64,000 nucleotides of DNA, taken from assembly GCA_964493115.1 (NCBI GenBank), contig CAZBNF010000001.1:1786-65785 (forward strand), in the 5' to 3' direction. Source of the DNA: an uncultured Planctomycetia bacterium (lineage in GTDB: Bacteria; Omnitrophota; Gorgyraeia; JABMRG01). Positions 53,582 to 63,539 of this stretch are shown one piece after another. Made by a program: the position numbers and the translations under genes. Every line of letters starts with the position of its first letter. Positions within the stretch are counted from its first letter, which is position 1. Under the pieces are notes generated by a model, which searched no databases, had not been told where the DNA came from, and saw only the letters and a program-made list of their open reading frames with translations.

Positions 53582-55288
53582 ATGGACATAGAGATATTAA
53601 GGCATAGCACAGCGCACGTTATGGCGCATGCAGTAAAAAGTTTATGGCCGGATATCAAGATAGCGATAGGCCCTGCTATATCCGAAGGGTTCTACTATGA
53701 TTTTGATAAAAAAACCCCGTTTTTGCCCGAGGATCTTGACCTTATTGAAAAAAAGATGAAAGAGATCATAGGGCAGGACCATAAGTTTATAGAAAAGAAA
53801 GTGAGCAAGGATCAGGCACGCGAACTTTTTAAAAACCAACCATACAAACTCGAGCTGATAGACGGGATACCTGAAGGCGAGATAACCGTTTATTCTGGCG
53901 GCGATTTTTATGACCTGTGCAAAGGCCCACACATATCTTCAACAGGCGCAATAAAGGTGTTCAAGTTATTAAGCATAGCAGGCGCTTATTGGCGGGGCAG
54001 TGAAAAAAATCCAATGCTTCAAAGGATATACGGCACAGCTTTTTTTGCAGACAATGAACTTAAGCAGTATTTACATTTAATTGAAGAGGCCAAGAAGCGA
54101 GATCACAGGAAGATTGGACGTGAACTCGGGATTTACCTGACAGATGATTCTGTGGGCGCAGGTCTTATAATCTATCAGCCCAAGGGTGCTCTCCTGAGAA
54201 CGATTATAGAAGACTGGGAAAAGAAGGAGCACTTAAGAAGAGGTTACGATCTTATAATCAGCCCGCATATATATAAATCAGATATATGGATTCGTTCAGG
54301 CCATTACGAATTCTATAAAGAGAATATGTATATGTTCAAGGTTGAGGATGAGGAATATGCTGTAAAGCCCATGAACTGTCCAGGGCATATGCTTGTTTAT
54401 GGGTCAAAGACGAGAAGCTACCGTGAGCTTCCACTTAGGCTTTTTGAATTAGGCACGGTGTATCGAAACGAAAAAAGCGGTGTATTGCACGGCCTGCTGA
54501 GAGTAAGAGGTTTTACGCAGGATGACGCGCATATATTTTGCCTGCCCGAACAGCTTAAAGTAGAGATAAAGGATGTTTTGGATTTTGTAGTTTACGCGCT
54601 CGGGGTATTTGGTTTTTCCGATTATGCTGTTGAGATAAGTACGCGCCCTGAAAAATCCATAGGAAGCGACAAAGACTGGCAGGAGGCAACATCCGCCCTG
54701 ACAGAGTCTTTAAATGAAAAGGGCATATCTTATATAATAAATGAAGCTGATGGCGCGTTTTATGGGCCTAAGATAGATATCAAATTAAAAGATTCACTTA
54801 ACAGGGCATGGCAGTGCGCTACAATACAATGTGACTTTGCTCTTCCGGAGAGATTTAACCTGGAATATATAGCACCGGATGGGACGGGAAAGAGGCCTGT
54901 GATGATACACAGGGTTATACTGGGTTCCATGGAGCGCTTTATAGGGGCACTTATAGAGCATTATGCTGGTGCTTTCCCATTGTGGCTTTCACCCGAACAG
55001 ATAAGGGTTGCCCCTATTACGGACAATCAGCATGCTTACGCTAATAAGGTTTTAGAAGCCCTGTCAGAGTGCGGCTTCAGGGCAAAGCTTGATCCAAGAA
55101 ACGAGACCATAGGATATAAGATACGTGAAGCCCGCTCAGAAAAGATACCATACATGCTTATTATTGGACAAAAAGAAGAGCAGGCAGAAACGGTTGCCGT
55201 AAGAAGCAGGCAAAAAGGCGATGAGGGCCCTGTCAGGATTGAACAGTTTATAGAGAGAGTGAAAAAGGAAATCAACAACAAGAGCTAG
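53582..55288 (+). CDS. thrS: Threonine-tRNA ligase lacking the N-terminal TGS domain
   Basis: RHSTAH, DLCKGPH, KPMNCPGH, RVRGFTQDDAH and HRVILGS. Confidence 0.97.
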   Translation: MDIEILRHSTAHVMAHAVKSLWPDIKIAIGPAISEGFYYDFDKKTPFLPEDLDLIEKKMKEIIGQDHKFIEKKVSKDQARELFKNQPYKLELIDGIPEGEITVYSGGDFYDLCKGPHISSTGAIKVFKLLSIAGAYWRGSEKNPMLQRIYGTAFFADNELKQYLHLIEEAKKRDHRKIGRELGIYLTDDSVGAGLIIYQPKGALLRTIIEDWEKKEHLRRGYDLIISPHIYKSDIWIRSGHYEFYKENMYMFKVEDEEYAVKPMNCPGHMLVYGSKTRSYRELPLRLFELGTVYRNEKSGVLHGLLRVRGFTQDDAHIFCLPEQLKVEIKDVLDFVVYALGVFGFSDYAVEISTRPEKSIGSDKDWQEATSALTESLNEKGISYIINEADGAFYGPKIDIKLKDSLNRAWQCATIQCDFALPERFNLEYIAPDGTGKRPVMIHRVILGSMERFIGALIEHYAGAFPLWLSPEQIRVAPITDNQHAYANKVLEALSECGFRAKLDPRNETIGYKIREARSEKIPYMLIIGQKEEQAETVAVRSRQKGDEGPVRIEQFIERVKKEINNKS

Positions 55289-55307
55289 CATTAGGAAGGA
55301 GGGGGTT

Positions 55308-55817
55308 ATTATACAAAATCGTTTAAGAGTAAATGAGCAGATCAGAATAAGTGAAATAAGGGTGATAGGAGCAGAAGGTGAACAGCTTGGTGTTATGACT
55401 CCGCAGGCTGCTTTGGCTAAGGCGCGTGAGACAGATCTCGATTTGGTTGAGGTTGCCCCGACGTCAAGGCCCCCTGTTTGCAGGATAATGGATTACAGCA
55501 AGTTTAAATATGATCAGGAAAAAAAAGAAAAAGAGGCAAGAAAACGCCAGCATATAATAAAGATAAAAGAAGTGAGATACAAGGCCACCATAGAAGAGCA
55601 TGATTACTGTACCAAGCTTACCCATATAAAAGATTTTCTTCAAAAGGGCAATAAGGTCAAGGTCAGCCTGCGGTTTAGAGGCAGAGAGATGGCTCATCAG
55701 GAAACAGGCAGGGCTCTGATGCAGAGGGTAATTAATGATATAATCGGTGTGGGTGAAGCAGAAAAGCCGCCATCAAAAGAAGGCCATTTTCTGAATATGG
55801 TGCTTAACCCTAAGTAA
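55308..55817 (+). CDS. infC: Translation initiation factor IF-3 with non-canonical ATT (or ATA 55311) start
   Basis: SD AAGGAGG, then in-frame ATT ATA CAA AAT CGT TTA AGA GTA AAT GAG CAG ATC. Motifs LDLVEV, PPVCRIMDY and FRGRE. Confidence 0.93.
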   Translation: MIQNRLRVNEQIRISEIRVIGAEGEQLGVMTPQAALAKARETDLDLVEVAPTSRPPVCRIMDYSKFKYDQEKKEKEARKRQHIIKIKEVRYKATIEEHDYCTKLTHIKDFLQKGNKVKVSLRFRGREMAHQETGRALMQRVINDIIGVGEAEKPPSKEGHFLNMVLNPK

Positions 55818-55825
55818 ATGAGGCC

Positions 55826-55861
55826 ACCCCCATTCTTGCTTTCGCAAGAAAGCATGGGGGG
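55826..55861. repeat. Intergenic hairpin between infC and rpmI
   Basis: CCCCCAT-TCTTGC-TTTC-GCAAGA-AAGC-ATGGGGG forms an interrupted stem. Confidence 0.55.
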
Positions 55862-55944
55862 AAGGATCTACAGAGCTAGATTCTTCGTCGCGCTTTATGA
55901 CAAAAGCACATAAATTACGCATAAATTTACAATAGGAGCTCATT

Positions 55945-56136
55945 ATGCCAAAACTAAAGACAAGAAAATCTGTTAAGAAACGTATAAAAGTTACTAAGAG
56001 GGGCAAGGTAAAAGTGAAAAGGTCCTTCTCGGGGCACCTTTTAACCTGCAAAAACAGAAAACGAAAGCGCCATATGAAGAAAAAGACGGTTTTAACAAAA
56101 GCAGAATCCGCTAAACTGCGCGCGATGATTCAATGA
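55945..56136 (+). CDS. rpmI: 50S ribosomal protein L35
   Basis: MPKLKTRKSVKKR...HLL; infC-rpmI-rplT order. Confidence 0.95.
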   Translation: MPKLKTRKSVKKRIKVTKRGKVKVKRSFSGHLLTCKNRKRKRHMKKKTVLTKAESAKLRAMIQ

Positions 56137-56226
56137 GGCTAGATTCTCCGCCCTCCGGATTCTGAATAACAGTAATTATAAGCATGTAATTGACAAAGCA
56201 GTTATACACAAAATAAGGAGTGATAT

Positions 56227-56583
56227 ATGGCAAGAGTAACACACGGTGTTTCATCAAGGAAGAGAAGAAAGCGGACACTAAAGGCCGCCAAAGGTTACAG
56301 AGGGGGCCGCGGCAAGCTATACAGAACAGCCAAAGAAACCGTTGCCAGGGCCAGGGCCTATTCGTATAGAGATAGGAAGGTAAAAAAGCGTGATTTCCGT
56401 TCTTTATGGATAACAAGAATAAACGCGGCATGTAAGATAAACGGCATAAAGTATTCAGAGTTTATCGACGGGTTGGCTAAGGCGAAGGTGCTTATAAACA
56501 GAAAAGTATTGGCAGAGCTGGCTGTATCGCATAAAACCGCTTTTAAAAAAATAGTCGATATCGCTAAACATAAAAAACAATAA
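56227..56583 (+). CDS. rplT: 50S ribosomal protein L20
   Basis: AKGYRG, RDRKVKKRDFRSLWITRINAA and NRKVLAELA. Confidence 0.97.
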   Translation: MARVTHGVSSRKRRKRTLKAAKGYRGGRGKLYRTAKETVARARAYSYRDRKVKKRDFRSLWITRINAACKINGIKYSEFIDGLAKAKVLINRKVLAELAVSHKTAFKKIVDIAKHKKQ

Positions 56584-56603
56584 AGTGTTCACACACTAAG
56601 CGC

Positions 56604-57968
56604 ATGCGCAAACACAAACTACAGCCTCCACAGGTCATAGTATTAAGTTTTCTTGCCGTTATAATATTAGGGGCAATACTATTAAGCCTGCCCATTGCCA
56701 CAGTTGCGGGGCAACGGATAAGTCTTGTTGACAGCCTCTTTACCGCTACAAGCGCGGTATGCGTCACAGGCCTTGTTGTTAATGATATAAGTACTTTTTT
56801 TTCTCCTTTTGGGAAGCTTGTCATGCTTTGCCTGATACAAACAGGCGGGTTGGGTATTATGACATTTTCTACGATGTTTGCCATACTATTAGGGCGCAGG
56901 CTTTCCATATCTGAGAACATAACAATTAAAAGTGCTTTAAGCCATACAAGGATAGAAGGCCTAAGCAAGCTCGTTCTTTATATTATTTTATTTACATTCA
57001 CTATCGAAATAATTGGCGCGGCGCTGTTATATATCAGGTGGTCGCGGATTTTTAACTGGGGCATGCTTGTAACAGCAGAACAGGCGATATTCCATTCTGT
57101 GTCAGCTTTTTGCAACGCGGGATTCTCCCTTTTCCCGCATAGCCTGGAGACTTTTTCAAAAGATGTTGTTGTTGTATCCGTATTTTCCCTGCTTGTTATA
57201 ATTGGAGGCTTAGGGTTTGTTGTTTTTATGGATATACCAAAGCTTAAATTCTGGAGAAAAGACAGAAGACTTATATTATCTCGTATCAGCCTGCAGACAA
57301 AAGTAGTATTCTTAGTTTCATTTTTTCTTATCATAGCGGGTGCGTTAGCAGTTTGGTTTTTTGAAAATGATTTTGCCCTGCGTGGTATGGGCATAAAAGA
57401 AAAAATATTGTCATGTTTTTTTACATCTGTTACAACGCGCACAGCGGGGTTTAATGTTCTTGGCACGGCGTCGCTGCGGCCCGTTACGCTGTTTATGATG
57501 ATAATGCTTATGTTTGTAGGGGCATCCCCGGGTTCAACCGGAGGAGGTATTAAAACAGTTACGCTCGGTATTATTATAGCTGCATTTTATTCAATGTTTC
57601 GAAACAGGGACAGGATAACTATTTTTAAAAGAACAATACCAAAGGAGACCTATCGACGCGCCGCCGTTATAGCCTTTCTCGCTTTAGCTGTTGTATTGTT
57701 ATCAACTTTTTTGCTTTCTGCTACAGAGAGCGTTCCGGCGCATAGCAGTCATTATTTTCTAAGCATGCTGTTTGAATCAACATCGGCCTTCGGCACAGTA
57801 GGCCTGTCAATGGGCATTACGCCAACTCTTACGGGCTGGGGAAAGATTATTATAATATTAACAATGTTAATAGGCAGAGTAGGCCCGCTTACTCTCGCGC
57901 TTGCTATAGCGATGAGAAGCGAGAAGGTGGAGTATCGTTATCCGGAAGAGAAATTAATGGTCGGGTAA
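56604..57968 (+). CDS. ktrB: Ktr/Trk potassium uptake membrane subunit
   Basis: SAVCVTGL, SAFCNAGF, RTAGF, SAFGTVGLS and GSTGGGIK. Confidence 0.92.
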   Translation: MRKHKLQPPQVIVLSFLAVIILGAILLSLPIATVAGQRISLVDSLFTATSAVCVTGLVVNDISTFFSPFGKLVMLCLIQTGGLGIMTFSTMFAILLGRRLSISENITIKSALSHTRIEGLSKLVLYIILFTFTIEIIGAALLYIRWSRIFNWGMLVTAEQAIFHSVSAFCNAGFSLFPHSLETFSKDVVVVSVFSLLVIIGGLGFVVFMDIPKLKFWRKDRRLILSRISLQTKVVFLVSFFLIIAGALAVWFFENDFALRGMGIKEKILSCFFTSVTTRTAGFNVLGTASLRPVTLFMMIMLMFVGASPGSTGGGIKTVTLGIIIAAFYSMFRNRDRITIFKRTIPKETYRRAAVIAFLALAVVLLSTFLLSATESVPAHSSHYFLSMLFESTSAFGTVGLSMGITPTLTGWGKIIIILTMLIGRVGPLTLALAIAMRSEKVEYRYPEEKLMVG

Positions 57969-57970
57969 TT

Positions 57971-58072
57971 TAGTTCGTAGTTCATGCCTGCCTGTCGGCA
58001 GGCAGGGTTCATAGTTTGTAGATTAAAACATTTAGGCTATGAACTATGAACTCATAACTATGAACAATGAAA
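57971..58072. repeat. Inverted heptamer arrays (TAGTTCR and CTATGAA) with an embedded CCTGCCTGTCGGCAGGCAGG palindrome
   Basis: Left arm tagttcg-tagttca-t...ttcatagtt; right arm ctatgaa-ctatgaa-ctcataa-ctatgaa-caatgaa. Confidence 0.75.
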
Positions 58073-58085
58073 CCAGGAGAAGAAA

Positions 58086-58751
58086 ATGAGACAGTTCGCC
58101 GTGATAGGATTAGGAAGATTTGGTTCAAGCGTGGCTAAGACCTTAAGTGAAAAAGGTTATCAGGTCCTGGCAATAGATATAGCCGACGATAAGGTGCAGG
58201 ATTTTTCAGAGATTGCATCGCAAGCAGTCTGTGTTGATGCCACTGATGAAAAGGCCCTAAAGGCAGTTGGGGTGGATTCTGTAGACGTAGCCGTAGTAAG
58301 TGTCGGCAACAACATAGAGGCATCTGTGTTGATAACGCTTGTGCTTAAAGAGATTGGCATCAAAGAGATTGTTGCCAAGGCGGTTTCAGAGGAGCAGGGC
58401 AAGGTGCTGGAGAAGGTAGGGGCTGACAGGGTGGTATTTCCTGAAAGAGATATGGGTATTCGCGTAGCTAACTCTCTTACATCACCAAAGGTAAGCGAAC
58501 ACATAGACCTTTCCTCCGCCTGTAGTATTATAGAGATAAAAGCGCCAAAAGACTTTATAGACAAAAGCCTTAAGCAGTTGAGCGTAAGAGTGAAATACGG
58601 GCTTAACATTGTTGCCATAAAAAGTATTGATGAAACAGGGGCTGAGTCAATCAACCCTACGCCTGAAGCGGATTACAAGATAAAGGCCCTTGATAAGCTT
58701 ATGGTGGTAGGCCCTAATGAGAAAATAGAAAAGCTTAAGCAGAAAGAATAA
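58086..58751 (+). CDS. ktrA: Ktr/Trk potassium uptake NAD-binding (RCK) subunit
   Basis: VIGLGRFG and GADRVVFPERDMG, with a TrkA-C domain. Confidence 0.92.
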   Translation: MRQFAVIGLGRFGSSVAKTLSEKGYQVLAIDIADDKVQDFSEIASQAVCVDATDEKALKAVGVDSVDVAVVSVGNNIEASVLITLVLKEIGIKEIVAKAVSEEQGKVLEKVGADRVVFPERDMGIRVANSLTSPKVSEHIDLSSACSIIEIKAPKDFIDKSLKQLSVRVKYGLNIVAIKSIDETGAESINPTPEADYKIKALDKLMVVGPNEKIEKLKQKE

Positions 58752-58755
58752 ATAA

Positions 58756-59796
58756 GTGAAAGAGCGTTTAAAAGAAATAGAAATACAGGCCTTATCTGAA
58801 ATAGACGCGGCCTCTACGCGGCAGGCCCTTGAAGTGATACGCGCGAAATATTTAAGCAGAAAAGGTGTTCTATCCCGGCTTTATAAAGAACTCGGTTCGG
58901 TTGATGAACAGGACAGGCCCGCAATCGGGCAGGGAATAAACAGGCTCAAAGCGATCTTTGAGCAGGATATAGCGCAAAGGCTGCATGAGCTTTCCGCCAA
59001 AACAGGCCCGGCAGAAAGTGAAGCATTTGATATCACTATGCCAGGCATTTACCCTGATATCGGTAAAAAGCACCCAATAACAAAAACAATTGATGATATA
59101 TGCGGGGTTTTTTCCCGCATGGGTTTTGCTATCATAGAAGGCCCTGAGATAGAGACCGAATTTAATAATTTCGAAGCACTTAATATACCGCTTGATCATC
59201 CCTCGCGGGACACATTCGATACTTTTTATCTTGATACAGAAAATTTTGAAACAGACCCGCAGAAAAGACGCCTCTTAAGAAGCCACACATCCCCGGTACA
59301 GATTCGGTATATGCAAAAGCACAAGCCGCCTTTTTCAATTGCTGTGCCCGGCAAGGTTTTCAGGCCCGACGCTACAGACGCGAGCCACTCTTTTATGTTC
59401 CATCAGATTGAGGGGCTGGTTGTCGGAGACGGGATAAATTTCGCTAATCTTAAATGGGCTTTGTTTGAATTCGCGAGGCAATATTTTGGTGAATCGACGA
59501 AGGCCAGGTTCAGGCCGCATTTTTTTCCCTTTACAGAGCCGAGCGCTGAAGTGGATGTATCCTGTATAATTTGCCAAGGCCAGGGTTGCAGGGTGTGTTC
59601 TCAGAGCGGCTGGCTTGAAATACTTGGCGCGGGCATGGTAGACCCCAATGTTTTTAAAGAGGTCAATATAGACGCTGAAAAGTACAGCGGGTTTGCCTTT
59701 GGCATGGGGGTTGAAAGAATTGCCATGCTGAAATACGGCATTGATGATATACGTCTTTTTTATGAAAATGATTTAAGATTTTTAAGGCAGTTTTAA
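58756..59796 (+). CDS. pheS: Phenylalanine-tRNA ligase alpha subunit
   Basis: HPSRD, LRSHTSPVQ, FHQIEG, FPFTEPS and GFAFGMGVER. Confidence 0.98.
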   Translation: MKERLKEIEIQALSEIDAASTRQALEVIRAKYLSRKGVLSRLYKELGSVDEQDRPAIGQGINRLKAIFEQDIAQRLHELSAKTGPAESEAFDITMPGIYPDIGKKHPITKTIDDICGVFSRMGFAIIEGPEIETEFNNFEALNIPLDHPSRDTFDTFYLDTENFETDPQKRRLLRSHTSPVQIRYMQKHKPPFSIAVPGKVFRPDATDASHSFMFHQIEGLVVGDGINFANLKWALFEFARQYFGESTKARFRPHFFPFTEPSAEVDVSCIICQGQGCRVCSQSGWLEILGAGMVDPNVFKEVNIDAEKYSGFAFGMGVERIAMLKYGIDDIRLFYENDLRFLRQF

Positions 59797-59798
59797 TT

Positions 59799-61835
59799 AT
59801 GAAAATATCATACGAATGGCTTAGGGAGTATATAAATACCAAGGTAAGCCCGGGGACCCTTGCGGGCTGGCTTACCATGGCAGGGCACGAGGCCTCTTTA
59901 ATAAAACAAAATAAAGGCGACGTTGTTTTTGACATAGAAGTCACTCCAAACAGGCCGGACTGCCTTTCTCATATAGGTATAGCGCGCGAGATATCCGCGG
60001 CGACAGGAAAGCCTTTTAGGCTTGGGCATATCAAGCTTTTAAAGACGCCGCGGGAAAAGAAAGGTTTTAAGATTGTCAGAGACGATAAGGCAATGTGCCC
60101 TTTCTATGCTATGCGGATTTTAAGAAATGTCAAGGTAGCCCCTTCCCCGAAATGGCTTGCCAAAAAGATAAGCTCCATAGGCCTTAGCCCGATAAACAAT
60201 ATCGTAGATATCGCAAATTTTGTGCTTTTTGAAACGGGCCATCCTCTGCACGCCTTTGATTTAGATAAACTTTCAGGAAACGAAATAATCATAAGAAAGG
60301 CACGCGCAGGCGAGTCTATCATTACAATAGACGATGTTGAAAGAAGGCTCAAACCCCACATGCTGGTTATCGCCGATCAATCAGGCCCTGTTGCCATAGC
60401 GGGTGTTATGGGGGGTAGAGACTCAGCCATAACAAGCCAGACAAAAAATATTCTTTTAGAAAGCGCGTATTTTGATCCAATAAGCATAAGAAGGACATCC
60501 CATGCGCTTGGGCTTTCCACTGATTCAAGCTATCGCTTTGAAAGGGGCGCTGATTTGGAAAGCGTTGTGCCTTCATCAAACAGAGCAGCGTCCCTTATAT
60601 GCGATATTGCAAAAGCAGGTATCGGCGGATTTTTAGAGTCAAGGGATAAGGCGCAGTCTCCTGCACGCATAATCTTGCGCGTGCCATATCTTAACAAAAT
60701 ACTCGGAACCTCTCTTAAGCGGGCAGAGATAAGGCAGATACTCGTAAGGCTTGGATATAGAGTAAAAGGGTCTTCTGTCCTGGAAGTTATACCGCCTTCA
60801 TATCGCGGCGATACCGCAAGGGAGGTGGATCTTATAGAAGAAGTCGCGAGGATATATGGGTATGATCGCATTAATTCTATCCCGGCTTCGATAATCGCAA
60901 CATGCCAGGATGATAACACCAAGGACTTTATCGCAAAGCGCAATATGGCAAAGGAAGCGCTTGTGTCGTCAGGTTTCAACGAAGTTGTCTCTTACAGCCT
61001 TATCAGCAAAGATCTGCTAAAAGACGCGCTATGGGCCGATGAAGGTTTTATTGAAATTAAAAACCCATTAAGCAAAGAGCAGGAAATTATGAGGCCCTCC
61101 CTCCTGCCGGGCATAATCAAGGCAGCAGCTTACAATATGAGCAGGCAGGTGTATGATATTAAGCTGTTTGAATTATCCAATATATATTTCAAGGATGCCA
61201 GAGAATACAGAGAAGAGCCGTATCTCGCGCTGGCATTGTATTCAAAAGCAAAGACTTTAAATCAAAAAGGTGTTTCAGGACAGGGCCTTTTACGGTTAAA
61301 GGGCGCTATCCTGAATCTGGCAGAAACACTTGGTGTAAAAAATCTTAAGCTTGAGAAGGCAACATCCAACATGCTGGATGAAGGCAGGTCAATAGCCGTT
61401 CTTTCAGGCAGCGGCATGCTTGGCTCAATGGGTAGATTAAAAGATAATATAGCTGCCGCTTTCGGCATCACAGGCTCTTTATTTGTTGCTGAAATCAACT
61501 TCAGGCAGCTTGCCTTATCAGCGCACCCGGAACGATATTATAAATCTCTGCCGCGTTTTCCATACGCGTACCGTGATATTTCCTTTGCGATAGGGGCTTT
61601 AGTTGAGTATAAGGAAATAGAGGCACTGATAAAACGTATTGGCAGCCGCCTCGTAGAAGAAATAGAATTGTTAAGCGAATATCGCGGCGAGCAGATAGAA
61701 AAGGGCAAAAGAAGCCTGGCTATACGCGTAATCTTTCGTTCTAAAGACAAGACATTGACAGAAGAAGAAATCAGTTCAGCTGATGCCGCGATACGAAGCG
61801 GGATAGAGAAAACTTTTAACGCTGTTTTACGCTAA
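59799..61835 (+). CDS. pheT: Phenylalanine-tRNA ligase beta subunit, short form without the OB-fold B2 insert
   Basis: MKISYEWL, TPNRPDCLS, HPLHAFD, SYRFERG, DLIEEVARIYG and a C-terminal FDX-ACB domain. Confidence 0.96.
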   Translation: MKISYEWLREYINTKVSPGTLAGWLTMAGHEASLIKQNKGDVVFDIEVTPNRPDCLSHIGIAREISAATGKPFRLGHIKLLKTPREKKGFKIVRDDKAMCPFYAMRILRNVKVAPSPKWLAKKISSIGLSPINNIVDIANFVLFETGHPLHAFDLDKLSGNEIIIRKARAGESIITIDDVERRLKPHMLVIADQSGPVAIAGVMGGRDSAITSQTKNILLESAYFDPISIRRTSHALGLSTDSSYRFERGADLESVVPSSNRAASLICDIAKAGIGGFLESRDKAQSPARIILRVPYLNKILGTSLKRAEIRQILVRLGYRVKGSSVLEVIPPSYRGDTAREVDLIEEVARIYGYDRINSIPASIIATCQDDNTKDFIAKRNMAKEALVSSGFNEVVSYSLISKDLLKDALWADEGFIEIKNPLSKEQEIMRPSLLPGIIKAAAYNMSRQVYDIKLFELSNIYFKDAREYREEPYLALALYSKAKTLNQKGVSGQGLLRLKGAILNLAETLGVKNLKLEKATSNMLDEGRSIAVLSGSGMLGSMGRLKDNIAAAFGITGSLFVAEINFRQLALSAHPERYYKSLPRFPYAYRDISFAIGALVEYKEIEALIKRIGSRLVEEIELLSEYRGEQIEKGKRSLAIRVIFRSKDKTLTEEEISSADAAIRSGIEKTFNAVLR

Positions 61836-61875
61836 GGCCTTGATTTATATCGCGCGGCGTGATATATTGAATGTA

Positions 61876-62054
61876 GCCCTGCTGTGTGCGTGGCTTTTCG
61901 GTGAAACTTTGAGCCAACACCTTTATATCGGGAGCTTAACTTCATGAGCGGATGGCACGCTCTCTTAACAGAGAGAAGCCTGTGAAACTTGTGAGAGAGC
62001 ACCCACTTTACTATAAGGGTTCAAAGTGCATCATTTGCCCGGCACGTGCGGGGC
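61876..62054 (+). ncRNA. ssrS: 6S RNA
   Basis: About 180 nt after pheT with its own promoter (TTGATT...TG-A-TATATT). Ends pair (GCCCTGC/GCGGGGC), TTGAGCC pairs with GGTTCAA, and GGGAGC and CACCCAC flank a central bubble. Confidence 0.75.
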
Positions 62055-62096
62055 GTTTTAGTTGACAGTCCACAGAGAGGGTTAGAATTTAACACC

Positions 62097-63434
62097 ATGG
62101 ATCTATTCCAACAAACCGGCCAACCACCTAAAAAAGACTCCCCGCTCGCTGTTCGTATGCGGCCAAGAAACCTTGATGAATTTATAGGCCAACAACATAT
62201 CGCGGGCCCCGGTAAACTTTTGAACCGTACAATTGAGGCAGACAGGGTCGCGTCTTTTATTTTTTATGGCCCAAGCGGGGTTGGAAAAAACTGCCTTGCT
62301 CATATAATAAGCAATATAACAAAAAGCTATTTCGCGCGGATAAACGCGGTATCGTCTAATGTTTCAGAGATGCGTAAGCTTATAGAATCGGCAAAGAACA
62401 GGCGCGCGGTATCCGGCAAAAAAACAATACTATTTGTTGATGAAATACACCGCTTCAACAAGGCGCAGCAGGATATACTCATGCCCTACGTTGAAGAAGC
62501 AGACATCACCCTTATAGGCGCGACAACGCATAACCCCTTTTTTTATATTGTCCCGGCCCTTATCTCGCGCTCACTTATATTTGAATTAAAACTCTTAAGT
62601 GAAAATGAAATCAGGGTAATACTCCTTAATGCCTTACAAGACAAGGACAGGGGGCTTGGCGATAAGAATATAAAGATAGACGATAAGGCGCTAACTTTTC
62701 TTGCCAAGGTTTCTGATGGTGACGCACGCAGGGCCCTAAACGCCCTGGAAATCGGGGCATTGACCACGCCAGCCGATCAAGGCGGATACGTACATTACAC
62801 ACTAGAGGTAGCGCAGGAATCTGTACAGAAAAAGGCCGTCCTATATGATAAAGATGAGGATAGCCATTACGATACCATATCAGCGTTTATAAAATCCATG
62901 CGCGGTTCAGACCCTGATGCCGCGTTATATTGGCTTGCCAAGATGCTATATGCCGGCGAAGACCCGCGTTTCATAGTTAGGCGTATTGTGATATGCGCGT
63001 CAGAAGATGTTGGAAACGCGGATCCGCAGGCCTTGGTAGTTGCTAATGCCGCTTTGAATATCGCGGAATTTGTAGGCATGCCCGAGGCGCGCATACCATT
63101 AGCCCAGGCAACGGTTTATATAGCCACAGCGCCAAAATCAAACGCCTCTTATCTGGGTATTGAAAAAGCGCTCTCAGATGTAAAAGAAGGCCGCACGCTT
63201 GAAGTACCAGCACACCTTAAAGACGCAAGCTATAAAGGCGCCAAACAACTTGGACGCGGCCAAGGCTATAAATATGCTCATGAGTATGAGCACCATTATG
63301 TGGAACAGGACTATCTTCCCTATTCCTGTAGATACTATGAGCCGACAGAGATAGGCTATGAAAAGAGGATAAAAGATTATCTGTATAAGTTAAAGAAAGA
63401 TATTAGATACAAACCCCAGGATCTCTTGACTTAA
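62097..63434 (+). CDS. rarA: Replication-associated recombination protein A (RarA/MgsA)
   Basis: PLAVRMRP, DEIHRFNKAQQD, GATTHNP and ISAFIKSMRGSD. Start moved to MDLF at ATG 62097. Confidence 0.95.
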   Translation: MDLFQQTGQPPKKDSPLAVRMRPRNLDEFIGQQHIAGPGKLLNRTIEADRVASFIFYGPSGVGKNCLAHIISNITKSYFARINAVSSNVSEMRKLIESAKNRRAVSGKKTILFVDEIHRFNKAQQDILMPYVEEADITLIGATTHNPFFYIVPALISRSLIFELKLLSENEIRVILLNALQDKDRGLGDKNIKIDDKALTFLAKVSDGDARRALNALEIGALTTPADQGGYVHYTLEVAQESVQKKAVLYDKDEDSHYDTISAFIKSMRGSDPDAALYWLAKMLYAGEDPRFIVRRIVICASEDVGNADPQALVVANAALNIAEFVGMPEARIPLAQATVYIATAPKSNASYLGIEKALSDVKEGRTLEVPAHLKDASYKGAKQLGRGQGYKYAHEYEHHYVEQDYLPYSCRYYEPTEIGYEKRIKDYLYKLKKDIRYKPQDLLT

Positions 63435-63539
63435 CCCCTTGTTTGGTGTATACTTAGTATATAAATGACCCATATGGGTTTTATTTTAGCATAAATAATA
63501 CATACTTTTAATAAGATAATAATATCATTAAGGGCATAT

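Noticed and set aside
53437-53658. 73-aa minus-strand ORF (WCREPDLNRHG)
   Set aside because: It is an antisense translation of tRNA-Leu and the thrS start.
55308-55313. Non-ATG start of infC as a novelty
   Set aside because: ATT-type starts are the established autoregulatory feature of infC.
62046-62096. ORF-track start of rarA at 62046
   Set aside because: It overlaps the 3' end of the 6S RNA; MDLF at 62097 is the typical N-terminus.
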